This document shows, one piece after another, positions 29,979 through 40,387 of a stretch of DNA of 64,000 nucleotides. Each line of letters begins with the position of its first letter. Position 1 is the stretch's first letter. The translations under genes were made by a program, and so were the position numbers. The stretch is from Halobacteriales archaeon QS_8_69_26 (GTDB lineage: Archaea > Halobacteriota > Halobacteria > Halobacteriales > SW-7-71-33): positions 14,041 through 78,040 of the forward strand of contig PXRX01000022.1 of assembly GCA_003023195.1 (NCBI GenBank), in the 5' to 3' direction. The notes under the pieces are model-generated. The model was given only the letters and a program-made list of their open reading frames with translations, had not been told where the DNA came from and did no database searches.

Positions 29979-30149
29979 TGGGTGGATCCTGCGGGACGGC
30001 GGGTCAAGAATGCACGGATCCGGACCCCGTCGGGGGACCGACTCCCCCATCGCGACGGTCCCCCGGTCGGATCCCGGGTCGCACCGACGGATCGCGGGTC
30101 GGGCCCGTCCCGCCGTCCGGTCGTACCGACGGATCGCCGTTCCCGGCGG

Positions 30150-31043
30150 TCACTCGCCGTACTGGCCGTAGTCGATGTCGACCCAGTACGTCTCGCCCTC
30201 GTAGCGGACGATCCAGGTGCCCTCGTGTTCGTCCTCCTCGACCGCGTCGTGGCGCTGGAACTCGTCGATGACCGACTCGAAGGCGGAGTCGCCGTTCTCG
30301 TCGGCGGTGTAGCCGCCGTCGATGGCCGACTCGACCACCGACCGCTCCTCCTCCGAGAGGCCGTCGAGCGTGAACTCGTACTCCTCGCGGAGCTGGCTCC
30401 CGTAGGCCGCCACGCCGGGGGCGACCTCCTCGGCGGTGTACCGGTAGGTGTTCACCGTCACCGGTTCCGTCTCGACGTCGACCCGGTACCGCTCTCCCTC
30501 GTAGGTCACCACCTGGTACTCCTGGGGGCCGACCAGCACTGACTCGGCGGCCTCCGAGTCGTTGTACCGGGTGCCGACGCCGACGTCGTAGCCCTCGCCC
30601 CCGTCGCGCTCCGGCGGGAAGAGGGGGGCGACCCGTTCACGGTCCACCGCCGGGAGGTCGCCGTAGGCGATGGCGTCGCCCGAGGCGTCCTCGGGGTCGT
30701 AGTCGACCCGGACGTCCGCTCTCGTCTCCTCGTGGCTGCCGACGACCTCGTAGGAGAGGTTGTAGACGCCGTCGTCGGTGCCGTACGGCCCGAGCCGGCG
30801 CACCGGCGGGCCGGTGCCGTCGATGGTGGCCGACCCGGTCGCTATCGCCTCGCGGACCGTCTCCGCGTCGTCGTGGGCGCGGTCCGGGGCGTCGGGCGGC
30901 GGCGTCGGGACGTCGAGGGTCGCCTCGTCGCCGATCCCGGCGTCGTCCACCTGTTTCATCTCCATGGAACCGGGGGACGAACAGCCGGCGAGCGCGAGGA
31001 GTGCGAGGAGGGCGGTCGCGGCGAGGACGGTTCGACGGCGCAT
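30150..31043 (-). CDS. Tat lipoprotein, unknown function
   Basis: MRRRTVL...LAGC, acidic body. Confidence 0.82.
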   Translation of the reverse strand: MRRRTVLAATALLALLALAGCSSPGSMEMKQVDDAGIGDEATLDVPTPPPDAPDRAHDDAETVREAIATGSATIDGTGPPVRRLGPYGTDDGVYNLSYEVVGSHEETRADVRVDYDPEDASGDAIAYGDLPAVDRERVAPLFPPERDGGEGYDVGVGTRYNDSEAAESVLVGPQEYQVVTYEGERYRVDVETEPVTVNTYRYTAEEVAPGVAAYGSQLREEYEFTLDGLSEEERSVVESAIDGGYTADENGDSAFESVIDEFQRHDAVEEDEHEGTWIVRYEGETYWVDIDYGQYGE

Positions 31044-31158
31044 GCGTAGGAATCCGGTGTACCCACCTGAAAACCTTCTGTCCCGTTTCAGACCGAGAGA
31101 CGAAGGGTGAAGACCGGGGGTTCGGGCCGCTCGCGGGGGTCCGGCCCCTCGACGGCAG

Positions 31159-32310
31159 TCAGTCGCCGTGGACCTCGAAGTCGATGGCGGCGCCCTGCCC
31201 GAAGCCGACACACAGCGTCGCGAGACCGCGGCCGCCGCCCCGCTTCCGAAGTTCGTGGATCAGCGTCACCGGCAGGCGGGCGCCGGAGGCGCCGAGGGGG
31301 TGCCCGATGGCGATTGCGCCGCCGTTGACGTTGAATATCTCGTCGTCGACGCCGAGTTCGTCGCGGGCGTAGACGGTCTGGGAGGCGAAGGCCTCGTTGA
31401 GTTCGACGAGGTCGTAGTCGTCGACGTCCCGGTCGGTCCGCTCCAGGAGGCCCCGCGTGGCGGGCACCGGACCGATCCCCATGACCGTCGGGTCGACGCC
31501 GGCGACCCAGTTCGACCCGACTTCGGCCAGCACGTCGAGGCCGTGGTCCTCGGCGAAGCCCTTGCTCGTGACCAGCGTGGCGGCCGCGCCGTCGGATATC
31601 TGCGAGGAGTTGCCCGCGGTGACGTTCTCGACGAACGCCGGCGGGAGCCCCTGGAGGGTCTCGAAGTCGGTGTCGGGGCGGATCCCCTCGTCCTCGTCGA
31701 CGGTGCCCTCGTCGGTCTCGATGGGGACTATCTCGTCGTCGAACCGGCCCGAATCCGTGGCCTCGGCCGCTCGCTGGTGGCTCTGGACGGCGTAGCGGTC
31801 CATCTCCTCGCGGGAGACGTCGTACTCGCGGCCGACCTTCTCGGCGGTCATCCCCATCTGGAGCTCCGCGAGGTTGTACTCCTCCTGGAGGCGCGGGTGG
31901 AACGACCGGCCGTCGTAGGCGCCCTCCATCGGCACGCGGGTCATCGACTCGACGCCGCCGGCGATGATGGCGTCGCGCTGGCCCGCCCGGATGGCGTCGC
32001 TCGCGCTGATCACGGCCTGCATCGAGGAGGCACACCACCGGTTGATCGTCGTCCCCGGCACGCCCTCGCCCAGGTCCGAGAGGAGGGCGATGATCCGTGC
32101 GAGGTTGTTGTCCTGTTCGCCACGCTGCTGGGCGCATCCCCACATCAGGTCGTCGATGTGCTCGGCACCGAGGCCGGTCTCGGCCAGTATCGTGTCGATC
32201 AGCGGGACCGAGAGGTCCTCGCTCCGGTGGTCGGCGAAGACCCCGTCCTGCCGACCCTGGGGCGTCCGGTATGCCTTGGCGATGACTGGTGTGGTGTAGT
32301 CCGAGGCCAT
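31159..32310 (-). CDS. Acetyl-CoA acyltransferase (thiolase)
   Basis: NRWCASS, NEAFA, GHPLGASG, LCVGFGQG. Confidence 0.96.
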   Translation of the reverse strand: MASDYTTPVIAKAYRTPQGRQDGVFADHRSEDLSVPLIDTILAETGLGAEHIDDLMWGCAQQRGEQDNNLARIIALLSDLGEGVPGTTINRWCASSMQAVISASDAIRAGQRDAIIAGGVESMTRVPMEGAYDGRSFHPRLQEEYNLAELQMGMTAEKVGREYDVSREEMDRYAVQSHQRAAEATDSGRFDDEIVPIETDEGTVDEDEGIRPDTDFETLQGLPPAFVENVTAGNSSQISDGAAATLVTSKGFAEDHGLDVLAEVGSNWVAGVDPTVMGIGPVPATRGLLERTDRDVDDYDLVELNEAFASQTVYARDELGVDDEIFNVNGGAIAIGHPLGASGARLPVTLIHELRKRGGGRGLATLCVGFGQGAAIDFEVHGD

Positions 32311-32666
32311 ACCCGTGGTTGGGTAACCGTGAACTTAAGTTACCTCCAACTGGCGGTCCGCGCCGCGGAGTTTACCGGGTCCCCAACGAAATGGATGGTC
32401 ACTCCTCGCGATCCCCGTCGCCCGCTCCCCCGGCGACGCCCTCGCCGTCGGCCCTCCACGACTCGCGCCGCCCGGCGAGAACCCTGGCACCGAGGAGGAC
32501 GGTCCCGGTACCGGTGAGTGCGCCGAGGACGAGCGACAGCAGGGCCGGTGGCGTCCGGAGGTACGAGAGACCGATCCCGTCCTCGGAGGGTCCGGGCGAG
32601 GACCGTGTCCCCGCCGTGGGATCGGATCCGAAACCCCCAAACCTCCCGTGTCCGTCAACCCGGGCG

Positions 32667-35060
32667 ATGAGCCGACGGTCCCCGTTCGACGCCCTCCGCG
32701 ACGACCGGACGGTCCAGGCGGTGGCGGCGCTGGCGGCCCTGGCCCTCCTCGCCCGCCTCGCCCTCCTCGGGCAACGGGTCGCCCACCAGGACGAGGCCCG
32801 CGTCGGGTACTGGACGGTCCGCTACCTGGTCTCGGGGCAGTACGAGTACCGCCCGATAGTCCACGGGCCGTTCATCCCCGTCGTCACCCGGCCCGTCTTC
32901 GCGGCGATCGGTCCCTCCGACTTCGCCGCCCGCCTGCCGATAGCGGTCGTCGGTGCGCTCGCACCGGCCGCCGCACTGCTGTTCCGGACGCGCCTGCGCG
33001 ACGCCGAGGTGGTCGCGCTGGCGTTCCTGCTGTCGTTCAACCCCGTGTTGCTCTACTACTCGCGGTTCATGCGCCAGGACGTCCCGCTGGCGACGTTCAT
33101 GCTGGTGGCGCTGGGCCTGGCGGTCCGCGCCATCGACGCGGAGCGGTCCGGGGCACGCCGCCGGTACCTCTACGGCGCCGGTCTCGCCTTCGGCCTCGCG
33201 TTCACGACCAAGGAGAACGCCCTCCTGTACCCCCTCTGCTGGGCCGGCGCGCTCGCGCTCCTGTTCGACCACCGGCTCTTCCGCGCTCGCCTCCGGGACT
33301 CCACGCCGCTGGCCGTCGCCCGGTCGTACGTCCCGGATCCCCCCGAGGACGCCGCCGTCCGGGTGCCGCCGGACGCGCGCTGGGTCGGGACCGCGGCGTT
33401 CTTCGGGGCCAACCCGGCCGTCCTCGGGGTGGGGTTCCTCGGGAGCGAGTGGCTCCTCGCGGTCGGGTTCCTCGCCGCCATCGGCGGCTACCTCCTGGCG
33501 GTCCGCGGTGCGACCGTCTGGCACTTCGTCCCCGCCCTCGGGATGGGGTGGGCCGTCGTCGCCCTCCCGACCGGCATCCTCGGTGCGCCCCAGTCGGCGT
33601 TCTGGTTCGCCCTTTGGTGGATCCCGGGGGTCCTACTCCTGTTTGACGAGCGGGCCTCCGAATACGGGACGGAGGGCCGTCGCGGGACCGCGACCGCCGA
33701 CGCACAGGAGGCCGTCGCCGACGGCGGCCGATCCCCGGACCGCCCCGACAGCGACGGGGCCGGGGGAGAGGAGGTCCCCGACGACGGCCGGACCGGGGTG
33801 GCGGGATCGGCCGACGACGGGGTCGCACCCAACGGCGGCACACCGCCCGACGACGCCCGGGACGGGGCCGCCGCGCCCGGCGAGGACGGGTGGGATCCCC
33901 GGTGGCGGTCGCTCCCGCCGCTGGGGGTCGCCTACCTGCTCGCGCTGGCCGTGGTCGTGTTCTTCTACGCCCCCCGGGGCGGCGGCTACCCCGCGCCCGG
34001 CGGGTCGGCGGGGGTCGGTCTCTGGGGGGCGATAACCTCGCTCTCGCCGGGGGCGCTGGACGCGGTGTTCTGGGACGCCACCTACGACACCTGGCAGCGC
34101 GTCTGGAGTACCTGGGCGTCCGGCAGCCACCAGGACCACGCCTACCTGCCGTACTTCAGGCACTTCGCGGAGTCGATGAGCGCCGGTGCGCTGGTCGTCA
34201 CGGTCGGCGCGGCCGGCGGCCTGGTCGTCGACCGGTACGCCCCGGACGGGCCGCGGGACCTGGTCGCCTTCGCCGGCTACTGGGGGGTCGCGAGCGTCTT
34301 CGGCTACCCGCTGGTGACCGACATCCAGGCGGCCTGGACGACGGTTCACGCGGTCGTTCCCCTGGCCATCCCCGCCGCGGTCGGCCTGGCGCTGGTCTAC
34401 CGGACCGCCCGCGGGGCGCTGGCCGACGACGACGGGGTCGGCGTGACGGTGGCGGTACTGATCCTCCTGCTGGTCGGCGCCCAGGTGGGTTACGCCGCCG
34501 GGACCGCTGTCTACCTCACCCCCCAGTCCCCCGACAACCAGCTCGTCCAGTACGCCCAGTCGTCCTCGACGGACGTGAAGCCGGTCATGCGGGACGTCCG
34601 GGTCGCGGCCGCCGAGAACGAGGACGGCGTGGACGTCCTCTTCTACGGCGACGAGTTCGACTCCACCGACGAGAGCGCCCACGACCTCCCGCCGGCGGGT
34701 CCCGGCTGGTTCGACCGGCTCCCGATCGCCTGGTACCTCGAAGTCTCCGAGTACCGGCTCGGGGGGCAGGGCGGGGACCTGGTCGTCAACTCGACCCTCC
34801 AGCAGTCCGACGTGCGCCGGTCGGACGCTCCGGTCGTCGTCGCCCTCCGGGAGACGGAGGGCAGGTCAGTCCCCTACAGCGGCGACACCATCGAGCGCGA
34901 CCTGGATGGCTACCGTGCCTACTACGGCCACCGCTACCAGCACGACAGCGGCACCACCTCCGCCATCGTCGTCTACGTCGACACCTCCCTCGTTCCGGAT
35001 CCCGCCGGGAACTACGACGCCGTCGTCGGCAACCGGTCGGCCGGCCGGATCCCCGGATGA
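32667..35060 (+). CDS. GT-C-like membrane protein, Agl23/TIGR03663 family
   Basis: HQDEARV, YRPIVHGPF, YYSRFMR.D, TKEN, LVQYAQ. Confidence 0.85.
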   Translation: MSRRSPFDALRDDRTVQAVAALAALALLARLALLGQRVAHQDEARVGYWTVRYLVSGQYEYRPIVHGPFIPVVTRPVFAAIGPSDFAARLPIAVVGALAPAAALLFRTRLRDAEVVALAFLLSFNPVLLYYSRFMRQDVPLATFMLVALGLAVRAIDAERSGARRRYLYGAGLAFGLAFTTKENALLYPLCWAGALALLFDHRLFRARLRDSTPLAVARSYVPDPPEDAAVRVPPDARWVGTAAFFGANPAVLGVGFLGSEWLLAVGFLAAIGGYLLAVRGATVWHFVPALGMGWAVVALPTGILGAPQSAFWFALWWIPGVLLLFDERASEYGTEGRRGTATADAQEAVADGGRSPDRPDSDGAGGEEVPDDGRTGVAGSADDGVAPNGGTPPDDARDGAAAPGEDGWDPRWRSLPPLGVAYLLALAVVVFFYAPRGGGYPAPGGSAGVGLWGAITSLSPGALDAVFWDATYDTWQRVWSTWASGSHQDHAYLPYFRHFAESMSAGALVVTVGAAGGLVVDRYAPDGPRDLVAFAGYWGVASVFGYPLVTDIQAAWTTVHAVVPLAIPAAVGLALVYRTARGALADDDGVGVTVAVLILLLVGAQVGYAAGTAVYLTPQSPDNQLVQYAQSSSTDVKPVMRDVRVAAAENEDGVDVLFYGDEFDSTDESAHDLPPAGPGWFDRLPIAWYLEVSEYRLGGQGGDLVVNSTLQQSDVRRSDAPVVVALRETEGRSVPYSGDTIERDLDGYRAYYGHRYQHDSGTTSAIVVYVDTSLVPDPAGNYDAVVGNRSAGRIPG

Positions 35061-35186
35061 CCGCTGGAGCGACCCGGACCCCCGAATGGACGCGATAGCC
35101 GACCGGATCCCACTCGTGTCGGGCGGTTCCGGACGGTCCGCCGCGTCCCGAGGACCTTAATAGGGTGTACCGAGTAGTTCCGTGGA

Positions 35187-36447
35187 ATGACCGACCCGGC
35201 GCTGGACGTCGTGGAACTCCTCCTCACCGCGCACGTCTACACGAACGACCGGTCGCTCGACGAGGACGACCTGCCGCCGGCCCACCGCGGCGTCTTCTGG
35301 ACGGACGGGGGGATCGACCGTCCGCTGTCCGTGACCAACTCGGTCGCGCGGGAGGCCACGGGGGTCGAGCGTCCCTGGAACGCGGTCTCGGAACTGATGT
35401 TCACCGACCGCGACGAGTTCTCGGGGACGATCAAACTGACGGAGGCGGACCTGGCGGAGCGGTGGTTCCTCGACAGGGTCGACGCCGACCGGATCGCCGC
35501 CAACCCGACGCTGGCCAGCGAGTACGGCGACCGGTTCGACGTGGACTACGAGGCCGCCCGGGACCGGAACCGGCCGATCCAGGCCGACCGCTCGTACATC
35601 GACAGCCTGCTGGCCGAGTACTTCGACGAGGAGGAGGAAGAGGAGATGCTCGACCTGGTGGAGGTCCGGGCCCCGGAGGAGGTCGAGATAACCCTCGACG
35701 ACCTCGTGCTCACCGACGACCAGATGGGCGAGATACACAAGATCGCGAAGGCCATCGAGCACCGCGAGTACCTCGCGGAGATCGGCCTCCGGGAGATCGG
35801 AAAGCTCCTGTTCGTCGGTCCGCCCGGGACGGGCAAGACCTCGACGGCGCGGGCGCTGGCCCACGACATGGACCTGCCGTTCGTCGAGGTGAAACTGTCG
35901 ATGATCACCTCCCAGTACCTCGGCGAGACCGCCAAGAACGTCGAGAAGCTTCGTCGCCAAGACCCGCCGGTCGGACGAGCACGCCGCCCTCAAGCGCGCC
36001 GTCAACACCCTGCTGAAGAGCATCGACGACATCTCGCTCATCCAGGACGACGTCCTCCTGATCGCGGCCACGAACCACCCCGACCAGCTAGACGCCGCGG
36101 CCTGGCGGCGCTTCGACGAGATCGTCAACTTCCCCAAGCCCGACGATTCCATGCGCTCGGACATCCTCCGGGTGATCACCCGGCAGATGGAGATAGAGGA
36201 CTTCGATCCCGACGAACTGGCCGGGGCCACCGAGGGGTTGACCGGGAGCGACCTCCGGATGGTCCTCCGGGAGGCCGTGCTGGGTGCGCTCACCGAGGAA
36301 CGGACACAGCTCACCCAGGACGACCTCATGGCGGCCGTCGAGGACTTCGAGGAGCGGGACAACCTGAAGGACATGGACATGATCGAGGGGGACCACGACG
36401 CCCTCGTGGCCGGCGGGGACCTGGGCAGTCACAGCCACGACCACTGA
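35187..36447 (+). pseudogene. AAA+ ATPase with internal deletion/frameshift near 35949
   Basis: Walker A GPPGTGKT present, Walker B absent; sensor-1 AATNHP and RRFDE resume in another frame. Confidence 0.85.
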
Positions 36448-36460
36448 CCACCGGATCGCG

Positions 36461-37285
36461 ATGGAAGTGACGCTCCTGGGGACCGGGGACACCACGGGGA
36501 CGCCGACCCCCGGCTGTGCCTGTGACACCTGCGACCGCGCCCGGGAACTCGGCGTCGAGCGAACCCGGTTCTCAGTTCACGTCCACGACGAGGACACCGG
36601 CGAGTCGTTGCTGGTCGACGCCAGCCCCGACTTCCGGACCCAGATGCTCGACCGCGACGTCGCCCTGCCGGACGAAGTCCTGGTCACCCACGTCCACTTC
36701 GACCACCTCGACGGCCTGGGCAACGCCTACCGCCTGCTGGCGGACGTGCCGGTCCACGCCGCGGACGAACGCGACCCGGAGACCGGCGAGTCGGTCGCCG
36801 GGACGGTCGCCCGGAAGTACGACTACCTCGACGCCGTTACCGCCGACCCCCGGACGCCCCTCGAACCGTTCGAGGCCTGCGGCTTCGAGGTCACCCTCGT
36901 TCCCGTCGACCACCCACCGCTCGTCTGCTACGGCGTGGCCGTCGAGGACCCGGAGACGGGTGCCAAACTGTCGATCACGGGCGATACGACCTGGGCGATT
37001 CCCGAGGCGTCCCGCGAGGTGCTCCGGGACGCGGACCTGCTCCTGGCCGACGGCATCGTTCCCGCCTCGCTGTCCGAGCACCACCCGCTCGGCGGGCGAC
37101 ACGAGGACGACCGGGGGGTTCCACGGACCTTCGGGGACAAGCACATGACCATCGAGGGTGCCCGGGCGATGGTCGACGAACTCGACGCCGACCGCGGCCG
37201 GGTGGTCCACACGGCCCACTACACGCCCCCCGAAGTGGCCTTCGCCGACGACGTCGCGGTCGACGGCGAGCGCCACGTTCTCTGA
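36461..37285 (+). CDS. MBL-fold metallohydrolase (PhnP-like)
   Basis: LLGTG, CACDTC, THVHFDH. Confidence 0.93.
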   Translation: MEVTLLGTGDTTGTPTPGCACDTCDRARELGVERTRFSVHVHDEDTGESLLVDASPDFRTQMLDRDVALPDEVLVTHVHFDHLDGLGNAYRLLADVPVHAADERDPETGESVAGTVARKYDYLDAVTADPRTPLEPFEACGFEVTLVPVDHPPLVCYGVAVEDPETGAKLSITGDTTWAIPEASREVLRDADLLLADGIVPASLSEHHPLGGRHEDDRGVPRTFGDKHMTIEGARAMVDELDADRGRVVHTAHYTPPEVAFADDVAVDGERHVL

Positions 37286-37423
37286 GTCGCGGGGACCGTC
37301 CCCGTGGGGACGACCGGTTACAGTAAACTTACTGTAATCCGGCACGCGCTTTACGGACGCTCCGGCTCCGTCCGTTCACTGACCGCCCGTCCCTACCGCT
37401 CCGGATCGGAAGACTCCCCGTCG

Positions 37424-38608
37424 CTATCGCTCCGGATCGGGCGATCCCCCGTCGGCGACCGTGGCCCGGCCGTCGACGACTGCCCGGTAGCGCCGGCCGG
37501 CGTCGTCGTCGGCGCGGATGGCCTCGCGGATCCGTTCGGGGACCCACTCGCCGCCGTCGCGTGGGGGTGGGGCGGGGTCGCCGTCGAAGTCGTCGCCCCG
37601 GCGGTCCGCGGGGAGGTAGCGCTCGTAGACCGGCAGGCGCTCTCGGAGGGGGACCCCGGCGTGGTCCGCGATGTCCTCCAGTTCCCGGAGGGCGGGCCAG
37701 GCGTAGTCCGGGTTGATGTGGTCGTCGGTGACCGGCGAGACGCCGCCCAGGTCGTCGATGCCGCAGTCGACCACTTCGCGGGCGGGGGCGAGGTTCGGCG
37801 GCACCTGCAGTGAAACCGAGTCGGGGAGCACCGTGCGGGCCATCGCCACCGTCCGGCGGAGGGTGTCGACGTCCGGCGTGGGTCCGCTCCAGCGCTCGTT
37901 CTCGACGACCGGCTGGACGATGACCTCCTGGACGTGGCCGTAGCGGTCGTGGAGTTCCGCGATGGCCAGCAGGCTCTCGGCGCGGTCCCGCGGCCGTTCC
38001 CCGATGCCGACGAGGATCCCCGTGGTGAAGGGAACGCCGAGTTCGCCGGCGGTTCGGATCGTGTGCAGTCGCTGGCCCGGCGACTTGGCTCGCGGACCGG
38101 CGTGGGCGTCGACGTCGGCGGTCGTCTCCAGCATGACGCCCATCGAGGCGTTGGCGTCGGCCACCGCCGCCATCTGCTCTCTGGTCTGGTCGCCCGGGTT
38201 CGCGTGGGGGAGCAGGCCCTCCTCGATGGTCAGTTCGCAGACCTCCCGGAGGTAGGTGTGGACCGACTCGTGGCCCCACTCGGCCAGTTGCTCGTGGATC
38301 CGCTCGTAGCGGTCGTCGGGGTCGTCGCCGAACGTGAACAGTGCCTCCGTACAGCCGGCGGCCGCGCCGCGGCGGACGACATCGCGCACCTCCCCGGGCG
38401 AGAGCAGGGAGGCCTCCCCCGGCGGGTCGAAGTAGGTGCAGTAGGTGCAGGTGTACCGGCAGGCGGTCGTCAGCGGGACGAACACGTTGCGGGCGAACGA
38501 GAGGGAGTCGGCGGCCTCGACGTCCTCGGGCGTCGTCTCCAGCGCCGCCGACACCTCGCGGTCGTCGATGGACAGTTCGACCCCGTACTCGTCGGCCCCC
38601 GGGATCAC
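37424..38608 (-). CDS. cofG: FO synthase subunit CofG (radical SAM)
   Basis: NVFVPLTTACRYTCTYC, LLPHANPG, PFTTGILVGIGE, DDLGGVSPVTDDHINP. Confidence 0.95.
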   Translation of the reverse strand: MIPGADEYGVELSIDDREVSAALETTPEDVEAADSLSFARNVFVPLTTACRYTCTYCTYFDPPGEASLLSPGEVRDVVRRGAAAGCTEALFTFGDDPDDRYERIHEQLAEWGHESVHTYLREVCELTIEEGLLPHANPGDQTREQMAAVADANASMGVMLETTADVDAHAGPRAKSPGQRLHTIRTAGELGVPFTTGILVGIGERPRDRAESLLAIAELHDRYGHVQEVIVQPVVENERWSGPTPDVDTLRRTVAMARTVLPDSVSLQVPPNLAPAREVVDCGIDDLGGVSPVTDDHINPDYAWPALRELEDIADHAGVPLRERLPVYERYLPADRRGDDFDGDPAPPPRDGGEWVPERIREAIRADDDAGRRYRAVVDGRATVADGGSPDPER

Positions 38609-38762
38609 TGTTGGGCGTGGGATCCCGACGGTGAAAAGGGTTGAGGTCGTCGGCAAGTGACTCCCGGGAGGGGTCTGGACCTCCGTTCGATCCGCCCGTC
38701 GAGCGATCACTCGTGTGTGCCGACGGGCGAGCGACTACCAGTGGGCGCCGACGGACGAGCGA

Positions 38763-39695
38763 TCACCCGTGTGCGCCAACTGGCAACCGATCCACGGCGT
38801 CGACACGCTTCAGGGCCGCGGGCAACAGCATGACGCCGGCGACGAGAACGAGGTCGTCGACCGGCGCGAGGACGAGCGGGTCCTCGACGGCGAGGACCTG
38901 GACGACGACGACGAACGGGAGTCCGACCAGCAGGAGGACGGCGACCCCTACCCGGGACCCGCGCTCGGGGACGTCGTCGAGGCGGGTGGCGGCGACCAGG
39001 CCACCGATGCAGGCCCCGAGGATCCCGAGGGCGTCCGTGCCCGCGCCGGTGATCCAGACGGTCGGGAGTGCCGCGACGGCCCCGACCGCGAAGACGCGGG
39101 CGGGATCCCCGCCGGTCAGGTACCGGGCGGTTGCGACCACGACGGCCCCCAGCACGAGGCCGGCGAGGACGTCACCGAGATAGTGAACTCCGAGAACGAC
39201 CCGGGAGAAGGCGATCGCCGCGATCAGGGTCCCGATCCCCGCGACTGCGCGGGTGTCGTCCAGCCAGTCGAACTCGACGGCCAGCCCGCCGTAGACGATC
39301 ACCCCGGCAACGGCGTGGCCGCTGGGGAACCCGTATCCGTACGTGGATATCGCCCACACGGACTCCGGCGGACGGGGCAGAGCGAACAACGACTTGAGCG
39401 CCAGGACGGCCGCGAACCCGAGAAACCCGTAGCCGATCACGGTGGCGGTCGCGTGCCGCCGGCCCGCCCAGTACAGCAGGGCGAGCGCGAAGGTCAACAG
39501 CGCGGGATCCCCCAGGTGGGTCGCGGCTTCGAAGATGGGGACGGCCGCGTCCGGGACGGCCTCGCGGACGGCCTCGCTGATCCCCGCGAGCCGGACCGAC
39601 GACGCGGCAGCGAGGTCGACTGGCGATGCCGCCACGGGGTCGACCGGCGATCCCCCGGTCCCGGCGGAAGCGGATCCTCCGGTCATCTCCTTCAC
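38763..39695 (-). CDS. PAP2 family phosphatase
   Basis: K...PRP, FPSGH, SRVVLGVHYLGD. Confidence 0.92.
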   Translation of the reverse strand: MKEMTGGSASAGTGGSPVDPVAASPVDLAAASSVRLAGISEAVREAVPDAAVPIFEAATHLGDPALLTFALALLYWAGRRHATATVIGYGFLGFAAVLALKSLFALPRPPESVWAISTYGYGFPSGHAVAGVIVYGGLAVEFDWLDDTRAVAGIGTLIAAIAFSRVVLGVHYLGDVLAGLVLGAVVVATARYLTGGDPARVFAVGAVAALPTVWITGAGTDALGILGACIGGLVAATRLDDVPERGSRVGVAVLLLVGLPFVVVVQVLAVEDPLVLAPVDDLVLVAGVMLLPAALKRVDAVDRLPVGAHG

Positions 39696-39705
39696 CTCCC
39701 GGGGA

Positions 39706-40257
39706 TCACTCCTCGTCGTCGACCGGCCCGAACAGTTCGGGGTCGTCGTGGGCGAGTTCGACGAAGTCGCCCTGGAGCCGCCGGACGTAGGACCTGAGGA
39801 CGCCCTCCTCCCGTGCCCGGTCGAGGACGTCCATCGTGTCGGGGTTCGACACCGAGTAAAACAGCGGCACCAGGACTGCCTGCTCGGTCGAGGCGTCCTC
39901 CATCGCGAGGAGGGCGAAGACGACGCTGCCCTGCTGATTCTTGTAGACGCGGTAGTCGCCGAACTCGATCCCCGATCCGAGCATGGATTCGAGGGCCTCG
40001 TACTCGGGGTCGGGCACCAGGACGTCCATCCCGACCCTGTCGGAGTGCTCCCCGGAGAGTGGGGTCACGTCGCCGGGATGTAACTGGAGAGTCGCCCACC
40101 CCTGGTCCTCGTACTCGGCGGCGGTGGCCTCCATGTCCCCGATCACCTGGTCCCAGTGGTCCATCGCCTCCACGTCGATGCCGTGGGTCCCGTCCCGGCG
40201 GCCGGTCGCGTGGTCCTCGACAGGGTCGGGCGTCCCGTCGGAGTCCTCCCGCTTCAT
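39706..40257 (-). CDS. Conserved haloarchaeal hypothetical protein
   Basis: Acidic, WDQVIGDMEATA...LHPGDV motif. Confidence 0.75.
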   Translation of the reverse strand: MKREDSDGTPDPVEDHATGRRDGTHGIDVEAMDHWDQVIGDMEATAAEYEDQGWATLQLHPGDVTPLSGEHSDRVGMDVLVPDPEYEALESMLGSGIEFGDYRVYKNQQGSVVFALLAMEDASTEQAVLVPLFYSVSNPDTMDVLDRAREEGVLRSYVRRLQGDFVELAHDDPELFGPVDDEE

Positions 40258-40387
40258 GTCCGATCCCGTCCGTCCCGACCGGAAAAGGGTTCCTATCGGT
40301 CGATCGACGGGGTCGAGTTCGACGCCGGGGGAGCCCTCCCCGGCAGTCGCCAGTATCGGCGTCTCGGTCCCGTGGCCCCTGGACCGG

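Noticed and set aside
35187..37285. AAA ATPase + MBL hydrolase as an anti-phage defence pair
   Set aside because: Host-like GC and codon use, housekeeping context, recalled as a common haloarchaeal gene pair; no island features.
37314..37341. Xer dif site
   Set aside because: Spacing between the TAA/TTA arms is 2 bp rather than 6 bp; kept only as an unexplained palindrome.
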